DNA of 64,000 nucleotides from Desulfobacterales bacterium (GTDB lineage: Bacteria; Desulfobacterota; Desulfobacteria; Desulfobacterales; JAFDDL01). A program made the position numbers and the translations under genes. This document shows positions 29,775 to 40,661 of this stretch, piece by piece. Positions within the stretch are counted from its first letter, which is position 1, and each line of letters starts with the position of its first letter. The notes under the pieces were generated by a model. That model did not search any database and was not told the DNA's origin. It was given only the letters and a program-made list of their open reading frames with translations. The stretch covers positions 214,189-278,188 of the forward strand of contig JAVEYW010000002.1 in NCBI GenBank assembly GCA_034003325.1, in the 5' to 3' direction.

Positions 29775-30650
29775 TTATACGACCTTGTTGAGCGGATATT
29801 CAATAATGCCTTCCGCCCCGGTTTTCAACAGCATCGGAATCAGATCCCGCACGACATGGGTTTCCACCACGGTTTCCACGGACAACCAGTCGCTCTGATA
29901 CAGGTGCGCGATGGTGGGCGCATTGAGGCTCGGCAGCAGGGCGATCACGCCTTCCAGCTTGTTTTGGGGAACATTCATTTTGATCCCGACGAGTTTGTCG
30001 CCCAAAAGCGCGCCTTTTAACAACAGGGCGATTTGCTCGATCTTTTCCCTTTTTACCGTGTTTTTCCAGACCGTGTGATTGGCGATGAGCTGCGTGTTGG
30101 TCTGCATCAATTCTTTAATGATTTTAAGGCCGTGTGCTTTGATGGTGCTGCCGGTTTCGGTGACTTCCACGATGGCGTCCGCCAGACCCGAGACGACCTT
30201 GGCTTCGGTGGCGCCCCAGGAAAACTCGACATCGACCTGAATGTTTCTTTCCTCGAAATATCGTTTGGTGAATCCGACGAGTTCCGTGGCGATTTTTTTA
30301 CCGTTTAGATCTTCCAGTGTTTTTATGGATGAATCATAAGGAACCGCCAGAATCCAGCGGGCGGGCCGGGCGCTCACCTTGGAATAGACCAGATCGGACA
30401 CCACCTGAACGTCGGAGCAGTTTTCGGCGATCCAGTCTTTTCCGGTAAGGCCCGCGTCCAGCGTGCCGTTTTCCACGTACCGGCTCATTTCCTGCGCGCG
30501 GCAGATCGCACATTCAATCGAATCATCGTTTATTTCAGGAAAATAACTTCTTCCGTTGACATTGATCTTCCACCCGGAGCGCTTGAATAATTCAATGGTT
30601 GCATCCTGCAGGCTTCCCTTGGGAATTCCCAGCTTCAATTTGTCCGTCAT
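29775..30650 (-). CDS. hisG: ATP phosphoribosyltransferase (long form)
   Basis: [18 protein letters not shown]..; 291 aa; overlaps the hisI stop by 4 nt. Confidence 0.93.
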   Translation of the reverse strand: MTDKLKLGIPKGSLQDATIELFKRSGWKINVNGRSYFPEINDDSIECAICRAQEMSRYVENGTLDAGLTGKDWIAENCSDVQVVSDLVYSKVSARPARWILAVPYDSSIKTLEDLNGKKIATELVGFTKRYFEERNIQVDVEFSWGATEAKVVSGLADAIVEVTETGSTIKAHGLKIIKELMQTNTQLIANHTVWKNTVKREKIEQIALLLKGALLGDKLVGIKMNVPQNKLEGVIALLPSLNAPTIAHLYQSDWLSVETVVETHVVRDLIPMLLKTGAEGIIEYPLNKVV

Positions 30651-31024
30651 TTTTTGTATACCTCCTCGGGGTCGAATAACGGCGCCCCAATAATTTTGAT
30701 TTCTCCGTTCTTGCTCACTTGTTTATAAAAGCAGCTTCGATGACCGGTGTGGCAGGCCGCGCCGCCCACTTGCTCGACCTTCAGCAGCACGGTGTCGTTG
30801 TCGCAGTCCACTCGAATCTCCTTTACCAGTTGAACATTCCCGGAGGTTTCCCCCTTGATCCAAAGGGAGTTTCGGCTTCGGCTCCAAAAGGTTGCCTTCC
30901 CTGTTTTCAGTGTGTGCAACCAAGCAGCTTCGTTCATAAAAGCCAGCATCAATACGTCCCCGGTGCTGTGATCCTGAACAATCGCAGGAACAAGCCCTCC
31001 CATTTTGCTAAATTCAAGCATCAT
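30647..31024 (-). CDS. hisI: Phosphoribosyl-AMP cyclohydrolase
   Basis: [49 protein letters not shown]. Confidence 0.95.
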   Translation of the reverse strand: MMLEFSKMGGLVPAIVQDHSTGDVLMLAFMNEAAWLHTLKTGKATFWSRSRNSLWIKGETSGNVQLVKEIRVDCDNDTVLLKVEQVGGAACHTGHRSCFYKQVSKNGEIKIIGAPLFDPEEVYKK

Positions 31025-31399
31025 TATAATTTGTCCTTAGTTACGGCGTCATCAGAACCGTTATGAACCTTGAGCCGCACACATCTATGTCCATCCGGAA
31101 AGGTTGGGGTTTAATTCGGAGCGGTAACACCGGTCAGGGCCTAAAAAGGCCGTTTCCGAATGGGCACATCGAAAGCAGGAGGCCGAATATCAGCGCAGGC
31201 ATTCTCAAGGCGCTATTTTCCAAAAGCATAACGCTCTTATAAAAATAGAGAAAAATAGCGGCTGACCCCATAAAAGTCAAGTTATTTTTCAGCGCGTTGT
31301 CAGCTTGCTTTAAGCGCTCATCTTTGGTAGTTTCCGCGAGTGCTTGAATTGGCTCCGCAAGGGTTTTTTTGGAGCAACCGTTTTAGGGGTTACACTGAA

Positions 31400-33778
31400 A
31401 TGCAAAAACAAAAAACAAAATCAGAAATCAAAAAGGCCCGTGTCAAAAAAGGCCCGGGTGGAATGATAGCGACTTTTTTCAAATGGACAGCGTGGGGTTG
31501 CTTTTTCTTTTTTATTCTCGGATGTGTCGTGGCAGCCGGCATTTATTTTCATATCAGCGAAACGTTGCCCAAAATATCGACCCTTGCCGATTATCGCCCG
31601 CCGGTCATCAGTACCATTTATGCCGACGATAATCGCAAAATTGCTGAATTCGCCAAGGAGCGGCGGATCGTGGTGCCGCTTACACTGATGCCCCGGATGC
31701 TGACTGAAGCGTTTATCGCGGCTGAGGATTCCCGGTTTTATAAACATCAAGGGATCGACTTTATTAGTATTATTCGCGCGCTGTTTAAGAATATCGAGGC
31801 GGGCACCATTGTTCAGGGGGGCAGCACCATCACGCAACAGGTGACCAAATCCTTTTTTTTAACGCCGGAAAGAAACTATGCGCGTAAGATCAAGGAGGCC
31901 ATTTTGGCCTATCGAATCGATAAGTCCTTCTCAAAAGAGGAGGTGCTTTATCTATACTTGAACCAAATCTATCTGGGCCACGGCGCCTATGGCGTGGAGG
32001 CCGCGGCTGAGAATTATTTTGGAAAATCGGTCAGCGATTTGAATCTGGCGGAATGCGCTATTTTAGCTGGGTTGCCCCAGGCGCCTAGCCGCGATTCGCC
32101 TTTCCGGCACCCGGAACGGGCTAAACAGCGACAGATCTATGTTCTCAACCGAATGGTGGAAGAAGGGATCATCACCAATATTCAAGCCACCGAGGCCATC
32201 AATACGGAACTGGACATCAAACCCCGCCGCAACTGGTATATCGAAGAGGTCCCCCATTATGCGGAGCATGTTCGCCGCTATGTTGAAAAAACCTATGGCG
32301 CGGATAAGCTGTATAATGAGGGGCTTCAGATTTATACGGCCGTCAATATTGAGATGCAGAAAATCGCCCGGGAGGAAATGGGTGCCGGGTTGAGAGCCCT
32401 CGATAAACGGCAGGGGTATCGCGGGCCGGTTAAGCACCTTGCGCCCTCGGAAATCGAACCGTTTTTTCAGGCCCTGAAGTCCGAAACGGAACCGGTCGCC
32501 CTAACCCCCGGCGCGTTGACGACCGGTGTTGTGGTTTCCATAAATGATACTGAAAAAATCTTAGGGGTGCGCCTGGCCGACGGAATCGGCTCACTTGCGC
32601 CGATCGATATGCGCTGGGCACGAAAGGCGTCCGCTCAAAACCCCGGCGACGTGCTGGCTGTCGGTGATGTCATTATGGTCTCGATCAAATCGGTGGCTGA
32701 TGAGACCGGATTGTTTCAACTGGCTCTGGAGCAGACCCCGGCCGTGCAATCCGCATTGATGTGCATCGAGGCGCAGACGGGCCATGTCAAAACTATGGTG
32801 GGCGGCTATGATTTCAAGGAAAACCAGTTCAACCGGGCCATTCAGGCCCGGCGTCAGCCTGGTTCGGCCTTCAAGCCGATCATCTATGCTGCCGCGATGG
32901 ATAAAGGCTTTACACCCGCCTCAATGATTGTTGATTCGCCGATTGTGTTTACGGCCTCCGAAAGCAATATCAAATGGAAGCCGAAAAACTACGAAGAGAA
33001 ATTTAACGGCCCTACGCTGCTGAGAGACGCGCTGGCGCACTCACGCAATATTGTTTCGATCAAGCTCCTTCAGCAAATCGGTGTGGGCTACGCCATTGAT
33101 TATGCCCGGAAACTGGGCATCGAATCGCCCTTAAGCCGTAATTTGTCCATCGCGTTGGGCTCTTCAGGCGTATCGCTTTTGGAATTGCTTACGGCCTATT
33201 CGGTTTTTGCCAACCATGGGTATCTGGTCTCCCCGATTTTTATCATCAAAATCGTGGACAGGGATGGAAACGTGCTGGAACTCAACAGCTCGGTAAGGAA
33301 AAAAGCAATCGATAAAACGACGGCTTACATTGTGACGAGTATGCTTGAAAGTGTCGTTCAAGATGGCACCGGACAGCGGGTTCAGGAATTGCATCGGCCG
33401 GTTGCGGCCAAAACCGGCACCACCAACGACCTTTTTGATGCCTGGTTTATCGGATATACGCCACGCTATATTACCGGTACATGGGTCGGGTTTGACGAGG
33501 AAAAAACCCTGGGAAGGGGAGAAACCGGCGGCCGTGCAGCCCTCCCCATATGGCTCGGGTTTATGAAAAGAATTCTTGCGGATAAACCGGTGCAGGTGTT
33601 CGAGGTGCCCGATGGGGTGGTGTTCGCAAAAATCGATGCGAAAACAGGCTTGCTCCCCATAGCCGAGTCCGGAGAAACCCGGTTTGAAGTTTTCAAAGAG
33701 GGAACTCAACCCACCGAGTACTCCGAAGCGCCGGGCACCTTGGCCGGTCCGGAAGATTTTTTTAAATCCGACCTGTAG
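31400..33778 (+). CDS. mrcA: Penicillin-binding protein 1A (bifunctional transglycosylase/transpeptidase)
   Basis: EDSRFYKHQGID, GGSTITQQ, SAFKP (SxxK), SRN, KTGTT. The ORF track starts at GTG 31340; ATG 31400 (MQKQKTK) is preferred. Confidence 0.93.
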   Translation: MQKQKTKSEIKKARVKKGPGGMIATFFKWTAWGCFFFFILGCVVAAGIYFHISETLPKISTLADYRPPVISTIYADDNRKIAEFAKERRIVVPLTLMPRMLTEAFIAAEDSRFYKHQGIDFISIIRALFKNIEAGTIVQGGSTITQQVTKSFFLTPERNYARKIKEAILAYRIDKSFSKEEVLYLYLNQIYLGHGAYGVEAAAENYFGKSVSDLNLAECAILAGLPQAPSRDSPFRHPERAKQRQIYVLNRMVEEGIITNIQATEAINTELDIKPRRNWYIEEVPHYAEHVRRYVEKTYGADKLYNEGLQIYTAVNIEMQKIAREEMGAGLRALDKRQGYRGPVKHLAPSEIEPFFQALKSETEPVALTPGALTTGVVVSINDTEKILGVRLADGIGSLAPIDMRWARKASAQNPGDVLAVGDVIMVSIKSVADETGLFQLALEQTPAVQSALMCIEAQTGHVKTMVGGYDFKENQFNRAIQARRQPGSAFKPIIYAAAMDKGFTPASMIVDSPIVFTASESNIKWKPKNYEEKFNGPTLLRDALAHSRNIVSIKLLQQIGVGYAIDYARKLGIESPLSRNLSIALGSSGVSLLELLTAYSVFANHGYLVSPIFIIKIVDRDGNVLELNSSVRKKAIDKTTAYIVTSMLESVVQDGTGQRVQELHRPVAAKTGTTNDLFDAWFIGYTPRYITGTWVGFDEEKTLGRGETGGRAALPIWLGFMKRILADKPVQVFEVPDGVVFAKIDAKTGLLPIAESGETRFEVFKEGTQPTEYSEAPGTLAGPEDFFKSDL

Positions 33779-33780
33779 CC

Positions 33781-34866
33781 TTACACCTTCGTCAATTTGA
33801 CGTCATCTTCCGCAAGAAGTGGATCTGATCGGACATCGACAGTGACCAGGCCAAACATTTGCTTCAGTTTTTTAATGTTTTCATTGTGCTGTCCGCGCAG
33901 GCGCGGCACGCTGCGGGGGTGAACACAGAACGTTACGCGTTGCGCTTTTTCAGGCAGTTGAGCGCAGGCTTTCAGTGTGGACACGGCCTTGTCGAGAAAG
34001 ATTCGGGAAATGACCAAATGGCCGAACGCCGGATGATAGGGGCCGGCGAGAATGCACGCATCGCTGTCAAGATCGACCGTTGCCTGCAGCCCCATACGAA
34101 TCACCGGTATGTTTTTTTCCCGAAAGGCCCCATGCATCTCTTTAACGATGGATACGCACCGCTCTATCGTCCAGGAGATATATCGGCCGCTGGTATATAA
34201 TTTGGCCAGGGGGCTCTCCTTCAATACGACGGTGGGGTAAATGCGGACAAAGTCGGGCGATAAGGCCGCAGCGCTGCGAGCGCTTGCCATGGCGCGGCGT
34301 TCATCGTCGCCGGGCAGGCCCACCATTAGTTGCAGCCCGGTAACGAAGCCTTTTGACTTTAAAAGGGCGACGGCCTGCTGAGTGCCTTCGGCGGTATGGC
34401 CCCTTCTGGAAAGGCGCAGAACCTCATCGTTCATGGACTGAGCCCCTATCTCGACGGCATCCACCGGATAGGCGCATAAGCAGTCAAGGCGATGCGAATC
34501 GATTGTGTCCGGGCGAGTTGAAAATCGAATGCCATGGATTTTTCCCTCCTTTACATAAGCGGCAGCCATTTCCAGCAAAGATAAAACATCCTCGGGTGCC
34601 ATGCCTAGGAAATTACCACCGTAGAACGCCAGTTGAATGCGGCGGGATGACGGGCGGCATCCCTTCAGGAAATGATCGATACGGCTTTTGATCGTTTGAT
34701 GAGCCAGCGGTTGCGCACGGTTTCCGGTGATGCTTTCCTGGTTGCAAAACACGCAACGGTGGGGACAGCCCGCGTAAGGCAAAAAGATCGGAACAATCAG
34801 CGGTGCGTCAACGGAGGCCATTTCATGTAGACGCTTCAATGAGAGTGAGTAGTTGCCGGGCGGCAT
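33781..34866 (-). CDS. Radical SAM protein (ELP3/MiaB/NifB-superfamily)
   Basis: CPHRCVFCNQ (CxxxCxxC). An alternative start at ATG 34821 (MASVDAP..) would remove the 44-nt overlap with rnc. Confidence 0.8.
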   Translation of the reverse strand: MPPGNYSLSLKRLHEMASVDAPLIVPIFLPYAGCPHRCVFCNQESITGNRAQPLAHQTIKSRIDHFLKGCRPSSRRIQLAFYGGNFLGMAPEDVLSLLEMAAAYVKEGKIHGIRFSTRPDTIDSHRLDCLCAYPVDAVEIGAQSMNDEVLRLSRRGHTAEGTQQAVALLKSKGFVTGLQLMVGLPGDDERRAMASARSAAALSPDFVRIYPTVVLKESPLAKLYTSGRYISWTIERCVSIVKEMHGAFREKNIPVIRMGLQATVDLDSDACILAGPYHPAFGHLVISRIFLDKAVSTLKACAQLPEKAQRVTFCVHPRSVPRLRGQHNENIKKLKQMFGLVTVDVRSDPLLAEDDVKLTKV

Positions 34867-35515
34867 CCTGCTCGGCGGCTTTTTTGCTCTTGCCGAGGCC
34901 CTCGGTGATCAATTCGCCGACGATGATTTGTGCGCGAAAGGTTTTGTCATGATCCGGTCCGGTTTCATCAATGAGCCGGTATTGAGGGGTTATTCGCCGT
35001 TTGAGTTGCACCAGTTCCTGAAGCCGGCTTTTATAATCGAGGGGAACTGTTGGCTTTGTATCCGCCAGTTTGGTGATAAAATGGTCTGAAAACACGTCAA
35101 ATACGCATTTTAACCCACCGTCCAGATAAACCGCGGCCAAAACCGCCTCCAGCGCATCGGCCAGAATGGACGGCTTCTCATGACCGTGGGTTTGCGCTTC
35201 TCCCTTGCCGAGGTTCAAATGCTTGCCCAGGTTCAGGGTGCGGGCAATGGCAGCCAGCTCCTGCTCATTGACCAGACCGGCGCGAAGGCGGGATAAATCA
35301 CCTTCTTTGAGATTCGGATACTTATCCATCAACAGGTGACCTACCAGCAGGTTTACAACGGCATCTCCCAGAAATTCCAAACGTTCGTTGTCCCGAATAT
35401 TGCTTTCGGACAGCTCGTTGACGTAGGAGCTATGCCGCAAGGCCTCTTCTAAATAGGCCGGATCGGAAAACCGGTATCCGAGTTTTTCCTGAATGTCGAT
35501 TATATCTTGTTGCAT
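34823..35515 (-). CDS. rnc: Ribonuclease III
   Basis: NERLEFLGDAVVNL signature plus a C-terminal dsRBD (GKSKKAAEQDAA). Confidence 0.96.
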   Translation of the reverse strand: MQQDIIDIQEKLGYRFSDPAYLEEALRHSSYVNELSESNIRDNERLEFLGDAVVNLLVGHLLMDKYPNLKEGDLSRLRAGLVNEQELAAIARTLNLGKHLNLGKGEAQTHGHEKPSILADALEAVLAAVYLDGGLKCVFDVFSDHFITKLADTKPTVPLDYKSRLQELVQLKRRITPQYRLIDETGPDHDKTFRAQIIVGELITEGLGKSKKAAEQDAARQLLTLIEAST

Positions 35516-36384
35516 GATGAGGCATAAATTAGCTTTTCATACAATGAATAAGGAACGGATAAATCACCGCTGCCGACGCCCATTCGAATGTGTGGGTTGA
35601 TTGCACCATGGAAATCGGAGCCGCCGGTCATGAGAAGATCATATCGAAGGGCAAGGGTTTTATAGAATTCGGTTTGTTCCGGTGTGTGTTCCGGATAAAA
35701 AACCTCGATGCCGCCCAAACCCGCTGTTTTCAGCGTTACGATCAGGCCTTCAAGCGTGTCCACATCGGATAGCTCCAATAAAGAAGGATGCGCCAACACG
35801 CAAACGCCGCCGGCGCTTCGAACCACCTCGATGGCGCGCCGCCAATCCACCCGATATTTATCGACGTAGGCGGGTTTACCCCGGCTCAAATAGTTGTCAA
35901 AGGCCTCGTCAATGCTGGTTACATAGCCTTTTTCAAGCATATGGCTGGCAATGTGGGGGCGAGAGAGCTGCCCGTCCCAAGAAGCGAGCAAGGATTCATA
36001 CGACATCGGCAGTCCGATTTCGTTGAGCAAGCGAACGATTTCCGGATTCCGATTGGCGCGGGCCGCCTGAAGTTTGGCCAGCTCATGATTTAACGCCTGG
36101 TTATTCAAGCTGATATTATATCCCAAAAGATGCATGCTGCCTGAAATGGGCAGATTATCGGGTGGGCCGGCGCTGATCTCAACACCGGGAAGAAATTTTA
36201 AGTCGCCGGCCACGCCGATTTTCAGCGCATCCCTAGCGCCTTCAAGGGTGTCATGATCCGTGATGGAAATGGCGGCCAGACCTATCTGCCGGGCCGTCCT
36301 TAAGATTTCAACTGCCGAAAGCGAGCCGTCCGATGCCGTTGAGTGAATATGCAGGTCAATGGGTGCGGACGAATCAAATACCAA
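35500..36384 (-). CDS. PHP-domain phosphoesterase (TrpH/YciV-like)
   Basis: IDLHIHSTASDGS..ISITDHD..AHP..GGSDFHG. TTG start per the ORF track. Confidence 0.85.
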   Translation of the reverse strand: MVFDSSAPIDLHIHSTASDGSLSAVEILRTARQIGLAAISITDHDTLEGARDALKIGVAGDLKFLPGVEISAGPPDNLPISGSMHLLGYNISLNNQALNHELAKLQAARANRNPEIVRLLNEIGLPMSYESLLASWDGQLSRPHIASHMLEKGYVTSIDEAFDNYLSRGKPAYVDKYRVDWRRAIEVVRSAGGVCVLAHPSLLELSDVDTLEGLIVTLKTAGLGGIEVFYPEHTPEQTEFYKTLALRYDLLMTGGSDFHGAINPHIRMGVGSGDLSVPYSLYEKLIYASSCNKI

Positions 36385-36736
36385 GGGCTTTTTCCATGGC
36401 CTCTTCTTTGGTTTTACAATCGATGCATTGGGTGGTGACCGGCCTGGCCTTGAGCCGATTAACGGAGATTTCCTCGCCGCATGACTCGCAAATACCGAAG
36501 GTGCCGTTTTCTATTCGATCAAGCGCTTTTTTTATCTTTTTAATCAACTTGTGTTCGCGGTCGCGAATCCGCAACATGAAATTTCTGTCCGCTTCAAGAG
36601 AAGCTCTGTCCGTCGGATCCGGGAAACTGTCGCTCGGACCGGTCATATCGGAAACGGTATCGTCCGCCTGGGACAAAAGCTCCTTTAAACGATCTGAAAG
36701 ATATTCTTTAAAGTAGTCAAGGTCTTTTTTATCCAT
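36374..36736 (-). CDS. dksA: DksA/TraR-family C4 zinc-finger regulator
   Basis: CESCGEEISVNRLKARPVTTQCIDCK. 120 aa. Confidence 0.9.
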   Translation of the reverse strand: MDKKDLDYFKEYLSDRLKELLSQADDTVSDMTGPSDSFPDPTDRASLEADRNFMLRIRDREHKLIKKIKKALDRIENGTFGICESCGEEISVNRLKARPVTTQCIDCKTKEEAMEKALGI

Positions 36737-36843
36737 CAGCGTTTCTCCCTTACATCAGGTCCATTTCATAAGTCGTTTTCTGTAACATATCATAAAGAGC
36801 AAGTAAAGGTGGAAAATTTGTCGGCCGCCTGGGGGTTCGTGGG

Positions 36844-37785
36844 CTATGAAACGGCATTCAAAAACGATTCGATTGATTTCAAGTCGCTGATATTATGAAT
36901 AGTTGCTGAATGACCGGGCGGCAAGGTCTTTTTCAGAAGACCGGTAAGCACCTTTCCGGGTCCCACCTCGGCATAGATGTCGATGTCCGCATTCATCAGG
37001 GCCGTCATGGTATCGTACCAACGAACCGGCGAACAAAGCTGCTTGGCCATCAGGGACCTGATCTCCTCGGCCGTATCAGCGGTGGCGGCCGTGACATTGT
37101 GAATCACCCGGCTGTTAGGTGTACTAAAGGCGATGGTGTGAAGATATGCCTCAAATTCGGCTTCAGCGCCTTTGATCAGGGCACTATGCCAGGCGCCGCT
37201 GACTTTCAGCGCGATGGCTTTTCCGCCTCTTTCCTTTGCCAGAGCGCCGGCCTTATTTACGGCTTCCGGAGCGCCGGTGATCACGATCTGGGTTTGTGCG
37301 TTATGATTCGCGACAGAGACTACGCCTTCCGCTGCGGCCTCAGCCACCAGTTTCGAGACCGCATCAATGGGCAGCCCCATAACGGCTTGCATGGCGCCTG
37401 TGTGTTTTGTCGCCTCCCGGTGCATCAATTTTCCCCGTTCAAAGACGAGTCGCAATGCATCCGGCTTGCTGATCACGCCGGCTGCCGAGAGGGCACTGAA
37501 TTCGCCCAGGCTATGACCGGCGGAAAAATCCGGCGCCAAGCCCTCTTTTTCCAGCACGGCCAGACAGGCCAAATTCACTGCGGTTACAGCCGGTTGCAGA
37601 TTGACCGTCAGCGTCAGCGCATCCATCGGGCCTTCAAAGCAAAGCTTGGCGATACTCGTTTTGGCCGTTTCATCCGTCATGTCGAAAATTTCCCTGACAT
37701 AATCAAATTCCCGATATAAATCCAACCCCATGCCCACGTTCTGGGACCCCTGACCCGGGAATAAAAAGGCTATCTTCTTTTTCAA
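36844..37785 (-). CDS. fabD: Malonyl-CoA:ACP transacylase
   Basis: FLFPGQGSQNVGMG and GHSLGEFSA. Confidence 0.95.
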   Translation of the reverse strand: MKKKIAFLFPGQGSQNVGMGLDLYREFDYVREIFDMTDETAKTSIAKLCFEGPMDALTLTVNLQPAVTAVNLACLAVLEKEGLAPDFSAGHSLGEFSALSAAGVISKPDALRLVFERGKLMHREATKHTGAMQAVMGLPIDAVSKLVAEAAAEGVVSVANHNAQTQIVITGAPEAVNKAGALAKERGGKAIALKVSGAWHSALIKGAEAEFEAYLHTIAFSTPNSRVIHNVTAATADTAEEIRSLMAKQLCSPVRWYDTMTALMNADIDIYAEVGPGKVLTGLLKKTLPPGHSATIHNISDLKSIESFLNAVS

Positions 37786-39074
37786 TGTTTACCTCCGCAA
37801 TCATTGTTTTCATCCAATTGAAACATTCGCCGAACCGTATTTAGATAGGCGGCCGTATCGCCGTGCGTATCCTTTTGTTTTAAAAACAGCGTTGGATAAT
37901 GGAGTATTTTGTTGATCAGTGCGGTTTTCATGCGGCTGAATGCCTCGCGGTCCGTTTCGGTTTCATACCCGAGACCATGAAGGGTTCGATTGATTTCCGC
38001 CTCCACGATTTTTTCCATTTGCTGCCGCAAGGCCACGATGGTGGGAACGACTTCAAGCCCCTTATACCATTTATGAAACTGAATAACTGCCTCATCCACC
38101 AACCGCTCCGCCTTGATGGCCTCTTGCCCCCGATCCTCGATGTTCTCGTCCACAACCCCCTTTAAATCGTCAATGTCGTATACGTAGGAGTTGGTGATGC
38201 GATTGATTTTCGGATCGATATCCCGGGGAACCGCAATGTCGATAAAGAACAACGGCCGGTTTTTCCGGCCCCGCATGACCCCCTTGACGTGGTCGGGCAA
38301 AATGACGAATCCGGGTGCGCCGGTAGAGCTGATGATAATGTCCACCGTTGCCAGGGCCTTGGCAATTTCTTCGAATCGTATGGCTTGCCCCCGGTATCGG
38401 CCGGCCAATTCCACGGCGTGGGAAAAGGTTCGATTGGCCACCAGAATATCCCCTGCGCGGTTGCGGATCAGGTGTTCAACAGCCAGTTCCGCCATTTCTC
38501 CGGCACCGATTAATAATACCTTCTTTTTCTCCAGGCTGCCGAAAATTTTTCGACCCAGCTCAATGGCCGCATAACTGATGGAAACCGCATGATCCCCGAT
38601 GCCGGTTTCACTGCGAATGCGCTTGGCCAGCCAGAAGGTTCGGTGAAGCAAGCGGTTAAGAATCACGCCCGTGCTTTTCTCCTGAGTGGCGGTGCGATAG
38701 GCCGCCTTGATCTGTCCGAGAATCTGGGGTTCTCCGACCATCATGGAATCCAGGCTGGCCGCCACGCGAAATATATGGCGAACCGCCTCCTCTCCCGAGT
38801 AAAAATAAAGGGACGATTCAAATTGATGCGTGGACACCTGTTTGTATTCGGAAAGAAACCCCTTGACTGCAGCCAGCGCCGCCGCGTTGTCCCTGGCCGT
38901 ATAAAGGATTTCAACGCGGTTGCAGGTGGAAAAAAGGACTACTTCGCCAATGGCCGCATGTTTGCGAAGCCAAGCCATGGCTTGAACGCTCTCGGGAGCC
39001 GTGAACGCGAGGCATTCGCGCACTGCTACGGGGGCGGTTTTATGGTTGAGTCCTAAAAGAAATATATCGTGCAT
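37782..39074 (-). CDS. hemA: Glutamyl-tRNA reductase
   Basis: LGLNHKTAPVAVRE, STCNRVE, GAGEMAEL. The ORF track extends to 39134. I moved the start to ATG 39074 (MHDIFLLGLNHKTAP). Confidence 0.93.
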   Translation of the reverse strand: MHDIFLLGLNHKTAPVAVRECLAFTAPESVQAMAWLRKHAAIGEVVLFSTCNRVEILYTARDNAAALAAVKGFLSEYKQVSTHQFESSLYFYSGEEAVRHIFRVAASLDSMMVGEPQILGQIKAAYRTATQEKSTGVILNRLLHRTFWLAKRIRSETGIGDHAVSISYAAIELGRKIFGSLEKKKVLLIGAGEMAELAVEHLIRNRAGDILVANRTFSHAVELAGRYRGQAIRFEEIAKALATVDIIISSTGAPGFVILPDHVKGVMRGRKNRPLFFIDIAVPRDIDPKINRITNSYVYDIDDLKGVVDENIEDRGQEAIKAERLVDEAVIQFHKWYKGLEVVPTIVALRQQMEKIVEAEINRTLHGLGYETETDREAFSRMKTALINKILHYPTLFLKQKDTHGDTAAYLNTVRRMFQLDENNDCGGKH

Positions 39075-39140
39075 TATAATTTTGTTAATCTTTGTTTTTG
39101 ATAAGGAAAAGCACCGGTCCGGAAAAGGCGGCACAGCTCT

Positions 39141-39977
39141 TTATCGGGTAAAGTCACCATGATGACCGCCCAGAAGAAAGTTGACGCCGAAAAAGGTAAA
39201 GAGCAATACCATAAATCCGATAATGGACATGACGGCTGCCTTACGTCCCCGCCACCCCACGGTCAGGCGCTCATGCAGTAAGGCGGCATAAAACAGCCAC
39301 ATGATGCCGGACCAGACTTCCTTGACATCCCAACTCCAGAATCTGCCCCAGATTGCCTTGGCGTATAAAATCCCTGCTACCAGTCCAATGGTCAACAATG
39401 TAAATCCCGCAATAATGCAGCCGTGTCCGGTGCTGTCCAGAAGATCCAGGGACGGTAGCCGCCGAAAGAAAAATCCGCGGTGCTTGGTCTTTATATTGTG
39501 CTCCTGTATCAGATAGAGCACACCGATGCCGCAGGCCAGCGCAAAGGCGGCATTTCCCAGAAAGATGGTGATCACATGAAAAAACAGCCAAAAACTTTTA
39601 AAAAAAACCGCCACATTTTCCGCAGGTTCCGGTGCACGCAAACATACCGCCATGATTACAGTTGCCAGCGGAGCGGCATAAACACCCAGTATTTTTAAAT
39701 TAAACCGGTATTGAAAGAGTAAAAACACACCCGTAAACGCCCACCCTGCGATCAGAAGTGTCTGATACAGGTTGTGCCCGGGGAAAAAACCGGTCGTGAA
39801 ATACCCGAGCAAAAGAGAAAGACTGTGACTGACAAAGCCCGTGAGCATCAGCAGGTACCCTATTTTTTGAAGGCGGTCATGCTGAAAAAAAAGATAGGCG
39901 ATATAAGCGGCCATGCTCAGCAAATAAAAAAAGAAAGTGAACAAATTGGCTTCCTGCATGAGACGATACACTTTCAA
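39141..39977 (-). CDS. ccsA: Cytochrome c assembly protein (CcsA/HemX-like)
   Basis: 278-aa polytopic ORF with the Trp-rich motif WGRFWSWDVKEVWS, located upstream of hemA. Confidence 0.85.
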   Translation of the reverse strand: MKVYRLMQEANLFTFFFYLLSMAAYIAYLFFQHDRLQKIGYLLMLTGFVSHSLSLLLGYFTTGFFPGHNLYQTLLIAGWAFTGVFLLFQYRFNLKILGVYAAPLATVIMAVCLRAPEPAENVAVFFKSFWLFFHVITIFLGNAAFALACGIGVLYLIQEHNIKTKHRGFFFRRLPSLDLLDSTGHGCIIAGFTLLTIGLVAGILYAKAIWGRFWSWDVKEVWSGIMWLFYAALLHERLTVGWRGRKAAVMSIIGFMVLLFTFFGVNFLLGGHHGDFTR

Positions 39978-39998
39978 ATCAAAGTTAAGGGGTTGCGA

Positions 39999-40661
39999 TC
40001 AGTCCTTATCGATCAAACGATTCAGTTCATATCCCGAACCAAGCGTTTCAAAAAGCAGGCGGTTAATGCCGTCCGTATCGTTTTCCCGAATGCGCGTCAA
40101 CAATCCCGCGTTGATCAGCTTTTCAAACAGCGGCTTATGCGCTTCCGGTTCGTGGGCTTGCGAGAGGAGTCTATCTCTGATCGCGCCCATCAACAGAAGA
40201 AAGGCCTTATATTCCGCCCCAAATTGCTTTTCAAGCTCTTTTCGAAGCTGTTTGGCAAATGCCGGGCTCTTGCCCGAGGTTGAAATGGTGAGCACCAGAT
40301 CCCCCCGATGGACGATCGAAGGGAGAATGAAGTTGCACGCAGCGGGCCGGTCGGCAATGTTGCAAAGCATATTCTGGCCGTGTGCGTCGGTGCTCACTTG
40401 GTTATTGAGTTGTTCATCGTTCGTTGCGCCGATAACGAGAAACATATTCGCCAGATCGGATGCCCGGTAGCCGCGCGAATGCCAGGTGATATCGCAGGAA
40501 TCCGCAAGGGCCTGCAATTCGGGAACCAGCGCGGGGCTGACCACCGTAACCAGCCCGCCGCAGGCCAGCAGTGTTGTGACTTTCCTGAACCCGACACCAC
40601 CACCGCCCACCACGAGGCAATGCCGCCCCTTAATGTCCAGATTGATGGGATAATACCTCAT
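39999..40661 (-). CDS. sirC: Precorrin-2 dehydrogenase/sirohydrochlorin ferrochelatase (siroheme synthase N-domain type)
   Basis: YPINLDIKGRHCLVVGGGGVGFRKV. 220 aa. Confidence 0.85.
   Translation of the reverse strand: MRYYPINLDIKGRHCLVVGGGGVGFRKVTTLLACGGLVTVVSPALVPELQALADSCDITWHSRGYRASDLANMFLVIGATNDEQLNNQVSTDAHGQNMLCNIADRPAACNFILPSIVHRGDLVLTISTSGKSPAFAKQLRKELEKQFGAEYKAFLLLMGAIRDRLLSQAHEPEAHKPLFEKLINAGLLTRIRENDTDGINRLLFETLGSGYELNRLIDKD

Noticed and set aside
36910-37719. 269-aa plus-strand ORF
   Set aside because: It is antisense to fabD, which has the GQGSQ and GHSLGE motifs. Shadow ORF.
39075-39134. N-terminal 20-codon extension of the hemA ORF
   Set aside because: HemA proteins begin a few residues before LGLNHKTAP. 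The extension is probably non-coding spacer after ccsA.
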